From a virus (Duplodnaviria; Caudoviricetes), in the IMG/VR virus record IMGVR_UViG_3300035112_000003, positions 799 through 64,798 of that record: a DNA stretch of 64,000 bases; one strand, 5' to 3'. Of the stretch, positions 1 to 8,679 are shown piece by piece. Each line of letters begins with the position of its first letter. Position 1 is the stretch's first letter. The position numbers and the translations under genes were made by a program. The notes beneath the pieces are model-generated. The model had not been told where the DNA came from. It saw only the letters and a list, made by a program, of their open reading frames with translations, and ran no database searches.

Positions 1-103
1 GCATAAACAGCGTATTGGATAGCGCTGAAAAGTATATGCTTGCCAATGTTGACTAACTCGTTTAACACAATTGATATTAACTAATCTATTAAACTTATAT
101 AAT

Positions 104-181
104 ATGACACCCCAAGTTATCGCTCTATCTCTTTCTATTATTGCTTTAGCGCTCATTGGCCTTAAATCAATTAAAAAGTAA
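104..181 (+). CDS. Small hydrophobic peptide (25 aa, MTPQVIALSLSIIALALIGLKSIKK), below ORF-track cutoff
   Basis: Manually translated; ATG follows an AT-rich leader; single TM segment and basic tail. Confidence 0.55.
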   Translation: MTPQVIALSLSIIALALIGLKSIKK

Positions 182-211
182 CCCATATTAATAACTAATT
201 AAACTAGTAGT

Positions 212-2277
212 ATGAATAACACATTTGGTGTCTTAAATGCAAATAATGAGCATACAGACGTATCGAAATCAGAAAAAGGCGCAAAGCAATATGCTACGCG
301 GCATGGCTATACCAAAGTATCAATCCGATATAATCATGGCTATGATGTAGATATTGTTGCCATCAAAAAAGGCCGTAAATGGGTTAAATATCCTAATTGA
401 TTAAATCAAACAATATTCAATTCATTAAATCGTTATATATGTTATTTAATCGTTTATTCATTGGCTGTCTTTTAGTTATGGCCATTGCGGCAATGTGGTT
501 GACCCTTCCTAACACACATAAAAAGGTGTATTATTACAATGCCTATGCGCCGGGATATGATGAATACTTTATCCTAAAATCATATCAGCTATTACCAATT
601 GACACTATTACGCATTTCGATGACCATGCTATCTCCACAAGTTCTCAAACAGGTTACACGGCTAAGATATTATCTTCTTATACTAAGTAATATATTCAAT
701 CACCCTTTAACCTTTCAAAATGAAGAATTTACGCATTAACCCCACATTAGCTGGTATTATTGTAATGCTGTTTATTTTTACTGTTGTAGCCTTTAAACAC
801 TGGGATTATCTTACATATAGGCGCTAATTAGCGTAACAGTTACGTAACAAGATTAATTAACTCTATTAATATACTTTTTATGAAAAAAGAAGATTTCTAT
901 GTTGGTCAACGCGTTAAGCAAAAAGACCCAGACGAGGGTTATATGATATATGGCATTGTAAAAGAGATAAAAGAAAAATCTATCCTTATAGACTGGGATG
1001 ACCCAGACTTTGGATTAATGGAAAACGTTGAACATTTCGAAGACGAATACCCTACAATTAAAAACGGGATACCCGGTTACTAATTACCATAACTATTAAT
1101 ACACTCTATTGTATGCCTTATTTTAAAGTTAAATATTATGCTGGCCCTTATTCAGGCACCCGTTCTGTCAACGCTGAGGATGAAGATCAAGCAATTGCAA
1201 TCGTAAAACATCAAATCCGGAAAGACATGTCCCTCCCAATGTATAGCGATGGGTACAGAATTATTGACAGTGACGAAACCAATGAAGACGAATAACTAAT
1301 TACTATAAACTACTTTAATACTTTATTTTATGGATATGATTACGTTATTCGATGGCACTAAAATACCAGCTACGATAAGCACAACTACACGCATATTCCA
1401 GATACAGACTTATGATGGTGAAACTATCCTTTGTAATCTCTTGACAGCGCAAAAACTGATCGCTGCGGATGCGTGCAAAGGAATAAAACACTATTGGAAT
1501 CATAAGTTTACTAGGCTCGGTAAATCGGAAGTAAAACATATGTCTTCATAAACAATAATGGCTGAAATCTATAGGCAACCATATAGGGAGCAGGCCATTA
1601 AATTAAATATAATTCTATGCTCATTAAAATAACTCAGCACACTAAAAAAGACCTACATAACACATCTAAACGGTCTTTTGTAAAAGGTAGCCATAACGAG
1701 GTACACGTAATTACAACCATATGGCTTTTATTTATTCCTATATGGACATTTAAAAAATTAAAAGCATCTCAATTATAAACTATGCAGACAGAATTTACAT
1801 GTGGGATATATACGGTTTCATATGTTGATGAATATGGGTGGCGGCTAACTGCTAATGGCCGAATTATTGGCGGTATTGATACGGACGGCGCACTCCTTTC
1901 CTTTAGTGCTGGAATGGCCATAGGAATAACCACAGACACATTGATTGAGATAGCTGTATTAATGAACAATATTAAACGACAATACAAGGCATTACAAACT
2001 AATAAAATATAACTCTATGCATCATACAACCGGTAATAAATACAAAACTCCTGACAATCTAATTAACTTACTTAGCACGTTTCGATTGGATGGCAAAGAC
2101 TATTGCGTGTTAATTTCAATAGGGGACGATACAGACAAACATTATCGTGGTTACAATGGGAATAGATACGCAGAGCCAATTGAAGTCAATAACCCCTACA
2201 ATTTAACTGAAGATGAAATGAAGACACTTACAAAAGGGATGGGGTACGAACCAAATTCGTTAATAGTCATGATTTAG
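212..2277 (+). other. Cluster of small early hypothetical genes (212-400, 397-690, 720-827, 880-1083, 1113-1295, 1330-1551, 1617-1778, 1782-2012, 2017-2277)
   Basis: Tandem co-oriented short ORFs with AT-rich spacers; 720-827 (35 aa, TM) and 1617-1778 (53 aa) translated by hand. Confidence 0.7.
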
Positions 2278-2362
2278 CTAACCTATCTAAAGACGGGAGC
2301 AAAACATAAAATAATTTCACAGGACGGTTTCAATTGGCAATGGTTGAGTTTTAGCCCTGAAT

Positions 2363-2392
2363 AAGCCCACAGGGATAGGTTGGGCTTCTTTT
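2363..2392 (+). terminator. Intrinsic terminator/attenuator upstream of the sigma factor
   Basis: AAGCCCA-11 nt-TGGGCTT stem followed by CTTTT. Confidence 0.65.
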
Positions 2393-2404
2393 AAACCTTA
2401 TTGT

Positions 2405-2896
2405 ATGATCCAAGTAGAATTTAAAACTATATTCCATGAGCTATTCCCACTTTTGTGGCGCTATAGTTGGAACATAACGAAAGATAAAGATGAAAGTGAG
2501 GATATTGCCCTATTGAGCATGGTAAAAGTATGGGATAACATACAAAACTTTAATACTGTTTTGGAGCTAAAGAAATATGCCTATGTTGCTACTAAAAATG
2601 ACAGCCTAAATTATGTCAGTAAGGTAAAGGTTAAAAGCAAATACATTTCGCAGTTAAATGAAGGGATTGAAGATAAAGACGAAATAGAAGTACTAACCTA
2701 TCGGGCCGCATTGATTGAGCGTATCTATGATAAAATAAACAGTCTGCCGCCTAAATGCAGACAAATATTAAACTTATGCTATTTACAAGGGATACCTAGG
2801 CATAAAGTGGCTGCTGACCTAAACATCAGTATTGATACAGTTAACACACAATGCCGGATTGCAATAAATAAACTAAAATCATTCATAACCCCCTAA
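2405..2896 (+). CDS. ECF-type RNA polymerase sigma-70 factor (Bacteroidetes expansion-family-like)
   Basis: Region 2 (SEDIAL..VKVW..YAYVATKNDSLN) and region 4 (INSLPPKCRQILNL...KVAADLNISIDTVNTQ) motifs. Confidence 0.88.
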   Translation: MIQVEFKTIFHELFPLLWRYSWNITKDKDESEDIALLSMVKVWDNIQNFNTVLELKKYAYVATKNDSLNYVSKVKVKSKYISQLNEGIEDKDEIEVLTYRAALIERIYDKINSLPPKCRQILNLCYLQGIPRHKVAADLNISIDTVNTQCRIAINKLKSFITP

Positions 2897-2905
2897 TGCT
2901 AAAAA

Positions 2906-3516
2906 ATGTCTAAATTCAATTATATACCCGGGACATGGGTTAAAATCGCCTACCATAAGATAGTTTACACTGGGTGTACTATTGGCTATGCTGCAACTAT
3001 AGATCGAAAGAGACTATACATTAATGATCCTAAATACACTCTTACCGTTATCCCTATTTCAGCAACATTCAAAATTAAATGGTTGTTTGCTGGCCATATG
3101 CTAGACCTTTGCCCATTACCTAATAAATATGAGCATTTAACCATTAATGACAATATTGACTACCAATCTTCTCACTCTTTAAATTAATTTCCATGAACAT
3201 ATATGATTTAAGAAAACACATTACTGTTTTGAATTTTGAAAAAACCTTACAAGGGGCGACTATCGTCTACAAAAATGGTGAATGGCCATCATCTATTAGT
3301 TTGACGCTAGACGAATTATTTAGGGAGCTTATATCTATTGGCACATATGAGGATAATTACCATGATCGAACTGAATTTGACGATTCAACCTGCATTAGCC
3401 AATGGGATGCTTTAAATATTGTAATACGTTGTGAGCTAGCTAAAGAACTTGAAAAAGAAATTGAAAACTCAGATTTAGGTAAATCAATTGAAAATCTATT
3501 AAACAAACAATTATGA
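2906..3516 (+). other. Two hypothetical genes (2906-3187, 3193-3516)
   Basis: ORF track; tight packing. Confidence 0.6.
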
Positions 3517-3812
3517 AAATTACGTTATTAGCATTTATTATTTTATTGTCTATTGGTTCAGTCTCGGTAAAAGCCCAAGATTCATCCTTGATAGCAGATG
3601 AAACTAATTTGACCTATACAAAGACGGGGGCGAAAATAGTTTCATATTCTGAATTGGCATTTCAGGCGATCTCTTTAAAATGGGGGGATCAATTTAAATC
3701 AATCAATATCAAATACAAGACAGATAGATACGGCAGATACAAGGAATACTCTATCTATTTGTCAACTGAACTAGCAAACAAAATTAAAGAATGGTCAAAA
3801 ACTAACTTATAA
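3513..3812 (+). CDS. Secreted protein (Sec signal, VKA|Q)
   Basis: Hydrophobic N-terminus with AxA-like site followed by Gln (Bacteroidota Q-rule). Confidence 0.65.
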   Translation: MKITLLAFIILLSIGSVSVKAQDSSLIADETNLTYTKTGAKIVSYSELAFQAISLKWGDQFKSINIKYKTDRYGRYKEYSIYLSTELANKIKEWSKTNL

Positions 3813-3946
3813 TGAATAAAACGAATTTGGTTATATTATGGATAATCTTACTTTGCGGCTGGTGGGCTTTATTCGCAGGAGAATATGAAATCTCAATCAA
3901 TTGCTTTTTGGCAGTTACGATAATATTTACATTTCACAATAAATAA
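3812..3946 (+). CDS. Small membrane protein (44 aa), not in ORF track
   Basis: Manual translation MNKTNLVILWIILLCGWWALFAGEYEISINCFLAVTIIFTFHNK; TAATG coupling with the upstream gene. Confidence 0.55.
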   Translation: MNKTNLVILWIILLCGWWALFAGEYEISINCFLAVTIIFTFHNK

Positions 3947-3953
3947 ATTTCAA

Positions 3954-4181
3954 ATGACACCCCACTATTACCGCAGATCAGCAATACACTCCGTACTATT
4001 ATTTCTTATTAGTATTATTATTGCTTCTTTTATTTTCAGTTGCTCTCCTAAAAATGGATGCCCGGCTGTATATAAAAACAGATTACAAGGCTACGGCTGG
4101 ATCAAATGCCGTGAAACAAAGAAGGTATTCGTATTAGATAAACAAGGTGCAGTAGCATGTACCTATATTGATAACAATTAA
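3954..4181 (+). CDS. Putative Cys-rich lipoprotein
   Basis: Hydrophobic stretch ending IFS-C, then CP and two further Cys. Confidence 0.55.
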   Translation: MTPHYYRRSAIHSVLLFLISIIIASFIFSCSPKNGCPAVYKNRLQGYGWIKCRETKKVFVLDKQGAVACTYIDNN

Positions 4182-4194
4182 ACAAAAGCAAACA

Positions 4195-4725
4195 ATGAAG
4201 TTTTTAATTCTCGCCCTATTAGGCTCTTTTTTTCTCAGTACAGGAATGGCTCAAAATGGGGGCCAATATCCCGAAAATGGCTCTGTTAAATTAGAATGGG
4301 TTGGCACAAGCGTAAAGATCACAAATAAACAACCCTGCGAAAGTGTTATTAAGGTTGCTTACGCTCAATCAACTGTCGATTTAACTATTGCAGGTAACTC
4401 AACTATTATATTTATGCCGCCTGCTGCTGTAGCTACTATTAAAGCCAAATCCACTACTAATTGCGGGGATACAGATTTTGGATGGGTTGAATTATCGCTG
4501 TCAGCAATGCCTGTCAAATTCATTTCTTATGACTTCCTAGCTATCGGCAATAAAGACGTAGTAGTAACTTTTGAGACGGCAGAAACAGCTAATGTAAAGC
4601 AGTACAACGTCCTTATCTCAACTGATGGTGTAAACTACCGGAAACTGGATTCGATCAAAGCTGATTTAATAACCCCTAACCGAACATATTCAATCAAAGT
4701 AAACACCTTAACCTTTAAAAAATAA
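4195..4725 (+). CDS. Secreted protein with a C-terminally truncated 'LPV' Ig/FN3-like domain
   Basis: Signal MKFLILALLGSFFLSTGMA|Q; C-terminal half MPVKFISYDF...FETAETANVKQYNVLISTDGVNY resembles the domain preceding T9SS CTDs; ATG at 4195 preferred over TTG at 4168. Confidence 0.7.
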   Translation: MKFLILALLGSFFLSTGMAQNGGQYPENGSVKLEWVGTSVKITNKQPCESVIKVAYAQSTVDLTIAGNSTIIFMPPAAVATIKAKSTTNCGDTDFGWVELSLSAMPVKFISYDFLAIGNKDVVVTFETAETANVKQYNVLISTDGVNYRKLDSIKADLITPNRTYSIKVNTLTFKK

Positions 4726-4729
4726 CAAC

Positions 4730-4891
4730 ATGAAGAAAATAATTATTGCGGCTATTTTAGCCACTACGATATTTGCCTGTAAGAGGGAAACAACATCAGC
4801 GCCACCAGTCAAATACTATTTCCGGATTGAAGCAGTAGACAATGATGGATCAAGTATAATCACTCCCTATAAAACAATTACCGTAAATTAG
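4730..4891 (+). CDS. Small lipoprotein (53 aa), not in ORF track
   Basis: MKKIIIAAILATTIFA-C-KRETTSAPPVKYYFRIEAVDNDGSSIITPYKTITVN; clear lipobox. Confidence 0.8.
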   Translation: MKKIIIAAILATTIFACKRETTSAPPVKYYFRIEAVDNDGSSIITPYKTITVN

Positions 4892-4936
4892 TATTCATTT
4901 TCTCCTCGTGCAATTAGCAATTAGACAGAACAACAA

Positions 4937-4969
4937 AAGCCCGGCTATTCCTAGTCGGGCTTACTTTTT
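4937..4969 (+). terminator. Intrinsic terminator of the + strand early block
   Basis: AAGCCCGGCTA-ttcc-TAGTCGGGCTT followed by ACTTTTT. Confidence 0.8.
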
Positions 4970-4975
4970 ACTACA

Positions 4976-5004
4976 ATAAAAAGGGCCAATGAGAACATCG
5001 GCCC
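4976..5004 (-). terminator. Intrinsic terminator after the endolysin
   Basis: On - strand GGGCCGATG-ttct-CATTGGCCC then TTTTT. Confidence 0.75.
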
Positions 5005-5037
5005 GTCGTACTACTGCTTATGAGAACAATTGAATGC

Positions 5038-5562
5038 CTACATTAGTAACTTCAATAAAACCGCTGCCCCACATTGTTCATCCACATAATTAGGATCAAA
5101 CTTACCATCTGCTACATACTTCCCTTTGTGATAAAGATCACTCCAAGACCATAAATATGGAGAGGGTAACCCCTTCTTTTTATACCCTAGCCCATTATAA
5201 CGTTCAATTAAATTAAGAGTATTTTCTATTGACCAATCACTGCATGTATGCCATGCTTTCAGCTTTAATGCATCCACAGCGCTTTCTATCCAGGTAAATG
5301 GAGGATTACCTGTTTTAGGATACCCGGCTGGCACATGAAGTGTTCTCGCTGTTAGTTTATCTCCGTTATGCAAATGACGAGTGAAGTTTAAAGACGATTC
5401 CCGGTAATGCACTACTCCTGTTACATACCAAGGAACTTTAATTAACGCCTCTACCTCGTCATAGGATGGCTTATTTTGCTTTATTTTACCTGCAATGGCA
5501 TTGGCATCATCTACTTTAGACGGGTTAATTATGAGCAGATCATATGAGGCTTTATAGTCCAT
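5038..5562 (-). CDS. Endolysin, lysozyme-family (COG5526-like)
   Basis: VHYRES, HLHNGD, ERYNGLGY, PSPYLWS and GKYVADG motifs. Confidence 0.85.
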   Translation of the reverse strand: MDYKASYDLLIINPSKVDDANAIAGKIKQNKPSYDEVEALIKVPWYVTGVVHYRESSLNFTRHLHNGDKLTARTLHVPAGYPKTGNPPFTWIESAVDALKLKAWHTCSDWSIENTLNLIERYNGLGYKKKGLPSPYLWSWSDLYHKGKYVADGKFDPNYVDEQCGAAVLLKLLM

Positions 5563-5564
5563 GT

Positions 5565-5972
5565 TTATTTAAGTAGAATACTAAGGGTTATAAAAATGGC
5601 GATGTAAATAATCTTTAATAATTTAATCCAGAATGGCGATAACTTGTTTTCTATTCTATCCAATAAGCTACCATTCTTCATATTGGGAGCCCCATTATAC
5701 CACCACTTTTCATTTCTGAATAGATTCAATATTGGATCAAATAAAGCTGCACGAATAGAAATCCCTAAAATAGCTGTTTTAATGGCTGCCCAAAATCCTA
5801 TCACAATCCACATATCAATACTCAATACCGATACAAAACATCCATACCCAAATGCTTTCCAGAAATGAGAGATAGCGATATTCTTTTTGAACAAATGCGC
5901 CTGATAGTGGGATTGCCAAATGATAAACATCAAACACGCCCATATCACAAGTATGCGATCTATGAGCCCCAT
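5565..5972 (-). CDS. Multi-pass membrane protein of the lysis region
   Basis: 3-4 hydrophobic segments; FDPILN..R..WWY motif; start probably MGLIDR. Confidence 0.6.
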   Translation of the reverse strand: MGLIDRILVIWACLMFIIWQSHYQAHLFKKNIAISHFWKAFGYGCFVSVLSIDMWIVIGFWAAIKTAILGISIRAALFDPILNLFRNEKWWYNGAPNMKNGSLLDRIENKLSPFWIKLLKIIYIAIFITLSILLK

Positions 5973-6187
5973 TAATCCCTGCTTGTTTTGCCACCAATAA
6001 TAAACATCCCTGCTAATCCTCCTACTATCATAGTACATCCAGCTACTATCATTAGTACCGCTCCATGTGTACGTTCAGGAATAGTAGATTCATTTTTATC
6101 CCAGCCCCACGCCCCTATCCCCATGCCGCCTACAAAACAAATGATACTTATTAATAAAGGAATGTTTGTTTTCTTTTGATTTGACAT
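5972..6187 (-). CDS. Two-TM small membrane protein (holin candidate)
   Basis: Two TM helices; close to the endolysin. Confidence 0.5.
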   Translation of the reverse strand: MSNQKKTNIPLLISIICFVGGMGIGAWGWDKNESTIPERTHGAVLMIVAGCTMIVGGLAGMFIIGGKTSRD

Positions 6188-6198
6188 AATTTTAAATT

Positions 6199-6909
6199 TT
6201 ATTGATTGATTTTTAGTTTATGCCGAACTGTGAATTGAGTAGTTAAGCCATAATTAGTTGGGTCTAATATCTTATTTGGAGGCCACCCTTTTTTATATCT
6301 GTCATGTATTCTGTCCCTAGGAATGCCTGTTCTATCCGACCAATCGGATATACACAATCTTTCGCCATTATATTCAATGAAAACAGTTACCTTCCTATTG
6401 TTTGTATTTACTTTAGGGGTTACAAAGCAACACATATCAGGAGAATATAATAATGGAATAATACCTAATTTAGCTGGAATTATATCTTTATCTACTTCTA
6501 ATCCTTTCTCCCACCCATTTTTAATCCCCCATTCTATAAAAGCGACGGGGTTATCTACCCATTCATCACATATCTTAACTCCTCTACCCCCATAATTATG
6601 ATATTCTGGGCTCTTCACATTATAACATCTCTGCTTCATGCCGCCCCATTTTTTATATAACGGATGCTCATAATATCCATGCTTACGCCTTCCCTCATCT
6701 AATCTCTGTTTACTTATACAACCACACGATTTAGATCGGCCAGATTTAAGTGTATCTAATCTTGTTACTATTTCGCAGCCACAATCACATTTACATCTTA
6801 GTTTTCTAGTTCTTTTGCCGCCAGGACTAATATACGTAGGGAGTACTTCTATTACTAACAACTTATTAAATCTCGTACCCAATAATTCGTATGGAGATTG
6901 CCTTTCCAT
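6199..6909 (-). CDS. HNH-like homing endonuclease (CxCDCG...SCGC, YGGRGI/V family)
   Basis: CKCDCG, SKSCGC, MKQRCYN..YGGRGVKIC and C-terminal YNGE..CISDW HTH. Confidence 0.8.
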   Translation of the reverse strand: MERQSPYELLGTRFNKLLVIEVLPTYISPGGKRTRKLRCKCDCGCEIVTRLDTLKSGRSKSCGCISKQRLDEGRRKHGYYEHPLYKKWGGMKQRCYNVKSPEYHNYGGRGVKICDEWVDNPVAFIEWGIKNGWEKGLEVDKDIIPAKLGIIPLLYSPDMCCFVTPKVNTNNRKVTVFIEYNGERLCISDWSDRTGIPRDRIHDRYKKGWPPNKILDPTNYGLTTQFTVRHKLKINQ

Positions 6910-7668
6910 TTAAAATCTTAATGATAATGGGAAATTAATTGTCGTTTCTATAGTTGTTTTATTTCCATAATACCCCATTACTCCTATCAATAGGTTTCTT
7001 TTAGTTTGATATTTCATGCCAAATCCTGCTGCAACTGGCCAATACGACCAAAGTACACCCCAAGATAAATACAATCTACCATGAGGCTGCAATTTATCGT
7101 CATATTGCTTTTGTAATTTAGCCAGCGCTGTGAATTTATTATAGAAACTAAGGCTTTCGCCTTTCAGTTCTGCAATTCTATTTTGATATAGTCCTAGCTG
7201 CTTATCGGTATTAACTTGCAACGTGTGTACATCTGATCTGTATTTATTCACGAGGTTATTTTGATCTTCGAGTTTTACAAAACAATCATGGCAATTATCA
7301 ACGAATTCAGACGGCACAGTCACAGCGGTAGTATCCGTGTATTTCGCGTATTTGTATTTGTCAATAAGCTGTTTTACTTCTATGCTTGATTTATCTAGCT
7401 GTTCTTCTGTTCTTTCTTTCTGCGCTAACGCCAATTCTTTCTGGCCTCTTTCGAACTCCAATGAATCCTGAAAATCTTTAGCAGTACTATCCGATATTAC
7501 TTTGTATATCCTTAATACCGCCAGCGTACTATCGGCCAATTGTAGCGCCTTTTCTTTTGCAGATACTTCTAACTTCGATTGATGGCACCCTCTTATACAT
7601 AATGCAATCAAAATCAAAAAACCAATCAAGATAGTATATATGATATATGGCTTTATTTCTAATTTCAT
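6910..7668 (-). CDS. Spanin-like protein (N-terminal TM or lipobox, coiled coil, C-terminal beta strands ending in Phe)
   Basis: Hydrophobic N-terminus ...CIRGC, long heptad region, amphipathic C-terminus ...INFPLSLRF; located in the lysis region. Confidence 0.55.
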   Translation of the reverse strand: MKLEIKPYIIYTILIGFLILIALCIRGCHQSKLEVSAKEKALQLADSTLAVLRIYKVISDSTAKDFQDSLEFERGQKELALAQKERTEEQLDKSSIEVKQLIDKYKYAKYTDTTAVTVPSEFVDNCHDCFVKLEDQNNLVNKYRSDVHTLQVNTDKQLGLYQNRIAELKGESLSFYNKFTALAKLQKQYDDKLQPHGRLYLSWGVLWSYWPVAAGFGMKYQTKRNLLIGVMGYYGNKTTIETTINFPLSLRF

Positions 7669-7835
7669 TTATTCCTGGGTTTATTATTTATTACATCTTT
7701 ATATGAATACGCCTTTAACACTCCCCTTTCCTGATGCCTTATTTTCCCGTCTTTGATCATCCGATACAAGGTGGTTCTTGATACATTTGCCTTCTTTAGC
7801 ATATCCGTAAAACTCCAATACTCATCTTTAAACAT
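7665..7835 (-). CDS. Small AlpA/excisionase-like HTH protein (56 aa), not in ORF track
   Basis: MFKDEYWSFTDMLKKANVSRTTLYRMIKDGKI...; VSRTTLYR..KDG motif; ATGA overlap with the spanin-like gene. Confidence 0.75.
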   Translation of the reverse strand: MFKDEYWSFTDMLKKANVSRTTLYRMIKDGKIRHQERGVLKAYSYKDVINNKPRNK

Positions 7836-7838
7836 AAA

Positions 7839-7886
7839 CAAATATAGAGGGAACTTTTAATTCCATGAAATATTTTATTATATTTG
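7839..7886. promoter_or_regulatory. Back-to-back Bacteroidota -7 promoter elements (TATATTTG on - at 7839-7846 and on + at 7879-7886)
   Basis: Exact TAnnTTTG matches in an intergenic region. Confidence 0.6.
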
Positions 7887-7912
7887 CCCCGATTTGGACT
7901 ATACTAGTAAGT

Positions 7913-7950
7913 AAATAAAAGAACCCCGTTTCTACGGGGTTCTTTTATTT
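7913..7950. terminator. Bidirectional intrinsic terminator
   Basis: AAATAAAAGAACCCCGT-ttct-ACGGGGTTCTTTTATTT perfect inverted repeat. Confidence 0.9.
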
Positions 7951-8163
7951 AATCTTTTTCCGTTGAGCCTTTATATCTAATTCCCCCTTTCGAAAATCTT
8001 GCCATGTTTTCATAGTATACCTAATGAATTTCACCACCCCGAACATGAACGCAAGAAACCAAAGCACATCAGCCTTCCAGGTTCCGGCATTTAAAATAAT
8101 TGCACCTACATAAGATGTTATCCCAAGCCCTGTAGCTACTTTGATAATTAATGCTGTTTCCAT
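7945..8163 (-). CDS. Holin-like two-TM protein (start METALII)
   Basis: Two TMs and a highly basic C-terminus (KAQRKKIK). Confidence 0.55.
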   Translation of the reverse strand: METALIIKVATGLGITSYVGAIILNAGTWKADVLWFLAFMFGVVKFIRYTMKTWQDFRKGELDIKAQRKKIK

Positions 8164-8531
8164 TCCTTTTGGAGCTGTTTTATGGTTTGATAAACCACTA
8201 TAGTTAGTACGATGAGATATAGAGTTGTCACTATATACTGCTCGTTCTGCCCCGTTTTTCGAAAGAAACCAATTATTTGAAAACATAATCTGATAATTGA
8301 GTAAAAAATAATCGGGGTTATAGGTTTTCTATATTTTGGTACTAGATAGTGTAACGCTAACAAATATAAACAATCGCCTGTTTTTTGCCAAGTGTAATAT
8401 ATATGCGCCCAGATCGGGTTACTAAAATCAGCCTTTATATGGAATGTCAGCAGCCCCGTCATATACCAGCCTACTGATATAGTAAATATACTATGGTAAA
8501 ACCGGTGGATCGGAGGGAGAATTACCGCCAT
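8148..8531 (-). CDS. Four-TM membrane protein (probable start MAVILPP)
   Basis: Hydrophobic segments; overlaps both neighbours; start codon uncertain. Confidence 0.55.
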   Translation of the reverse strand: MAVILPPIHRFYHSIFTISVGWYMTGLLTFHIKADFSNPIWAHIYYTWQKTGDCLYLLALHYLVPKYRKPITPIIFYSIIRLCFQIIGFFRKTGQNEQYIVTTLYLIVLTIVVYQTIKQLQKEWKQH

Positions 8532-8679
8532 CCCCTTCGCCATCGCTTTGGGCAGCGAACGAAGCATTGATTTCATTTTCAAGGTCGTTTAGGTGTTGAG
8601 CTAATTCTTCATTACCGTTACTATCAGCCCATGACCTTAATTTAGCTAAAATCTCTCGTAATTTCTGTTTTTGTGACAT
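8491..8679 (-). CDS. Small helical protein with a Gly/Asp/Pro-rich tail
   Basis: ORF track; TAATG coupling with the upstream gene. Confidence 0.6.
   Translation of the reverse strand: MSQKQKLREILAKLRSWADSNGNEELAQHLNDLENEINASFAAQSDGEGDGGNSPSDPPVLP

Noticed and set aside
4195-4891. Frameshifted pseudogene of a host T9SS cargo protein
   Set aside because: The second ORF has its own ATG, signal peptide and lipobox between the two domain halves, and no T9SS CTD follows
7893-7903. Putative sRNA matching the endolysin start (TGGACTATA)
   Set aside because: Only 9 nt, and identical to the mRNA rather than complementary; likely chance
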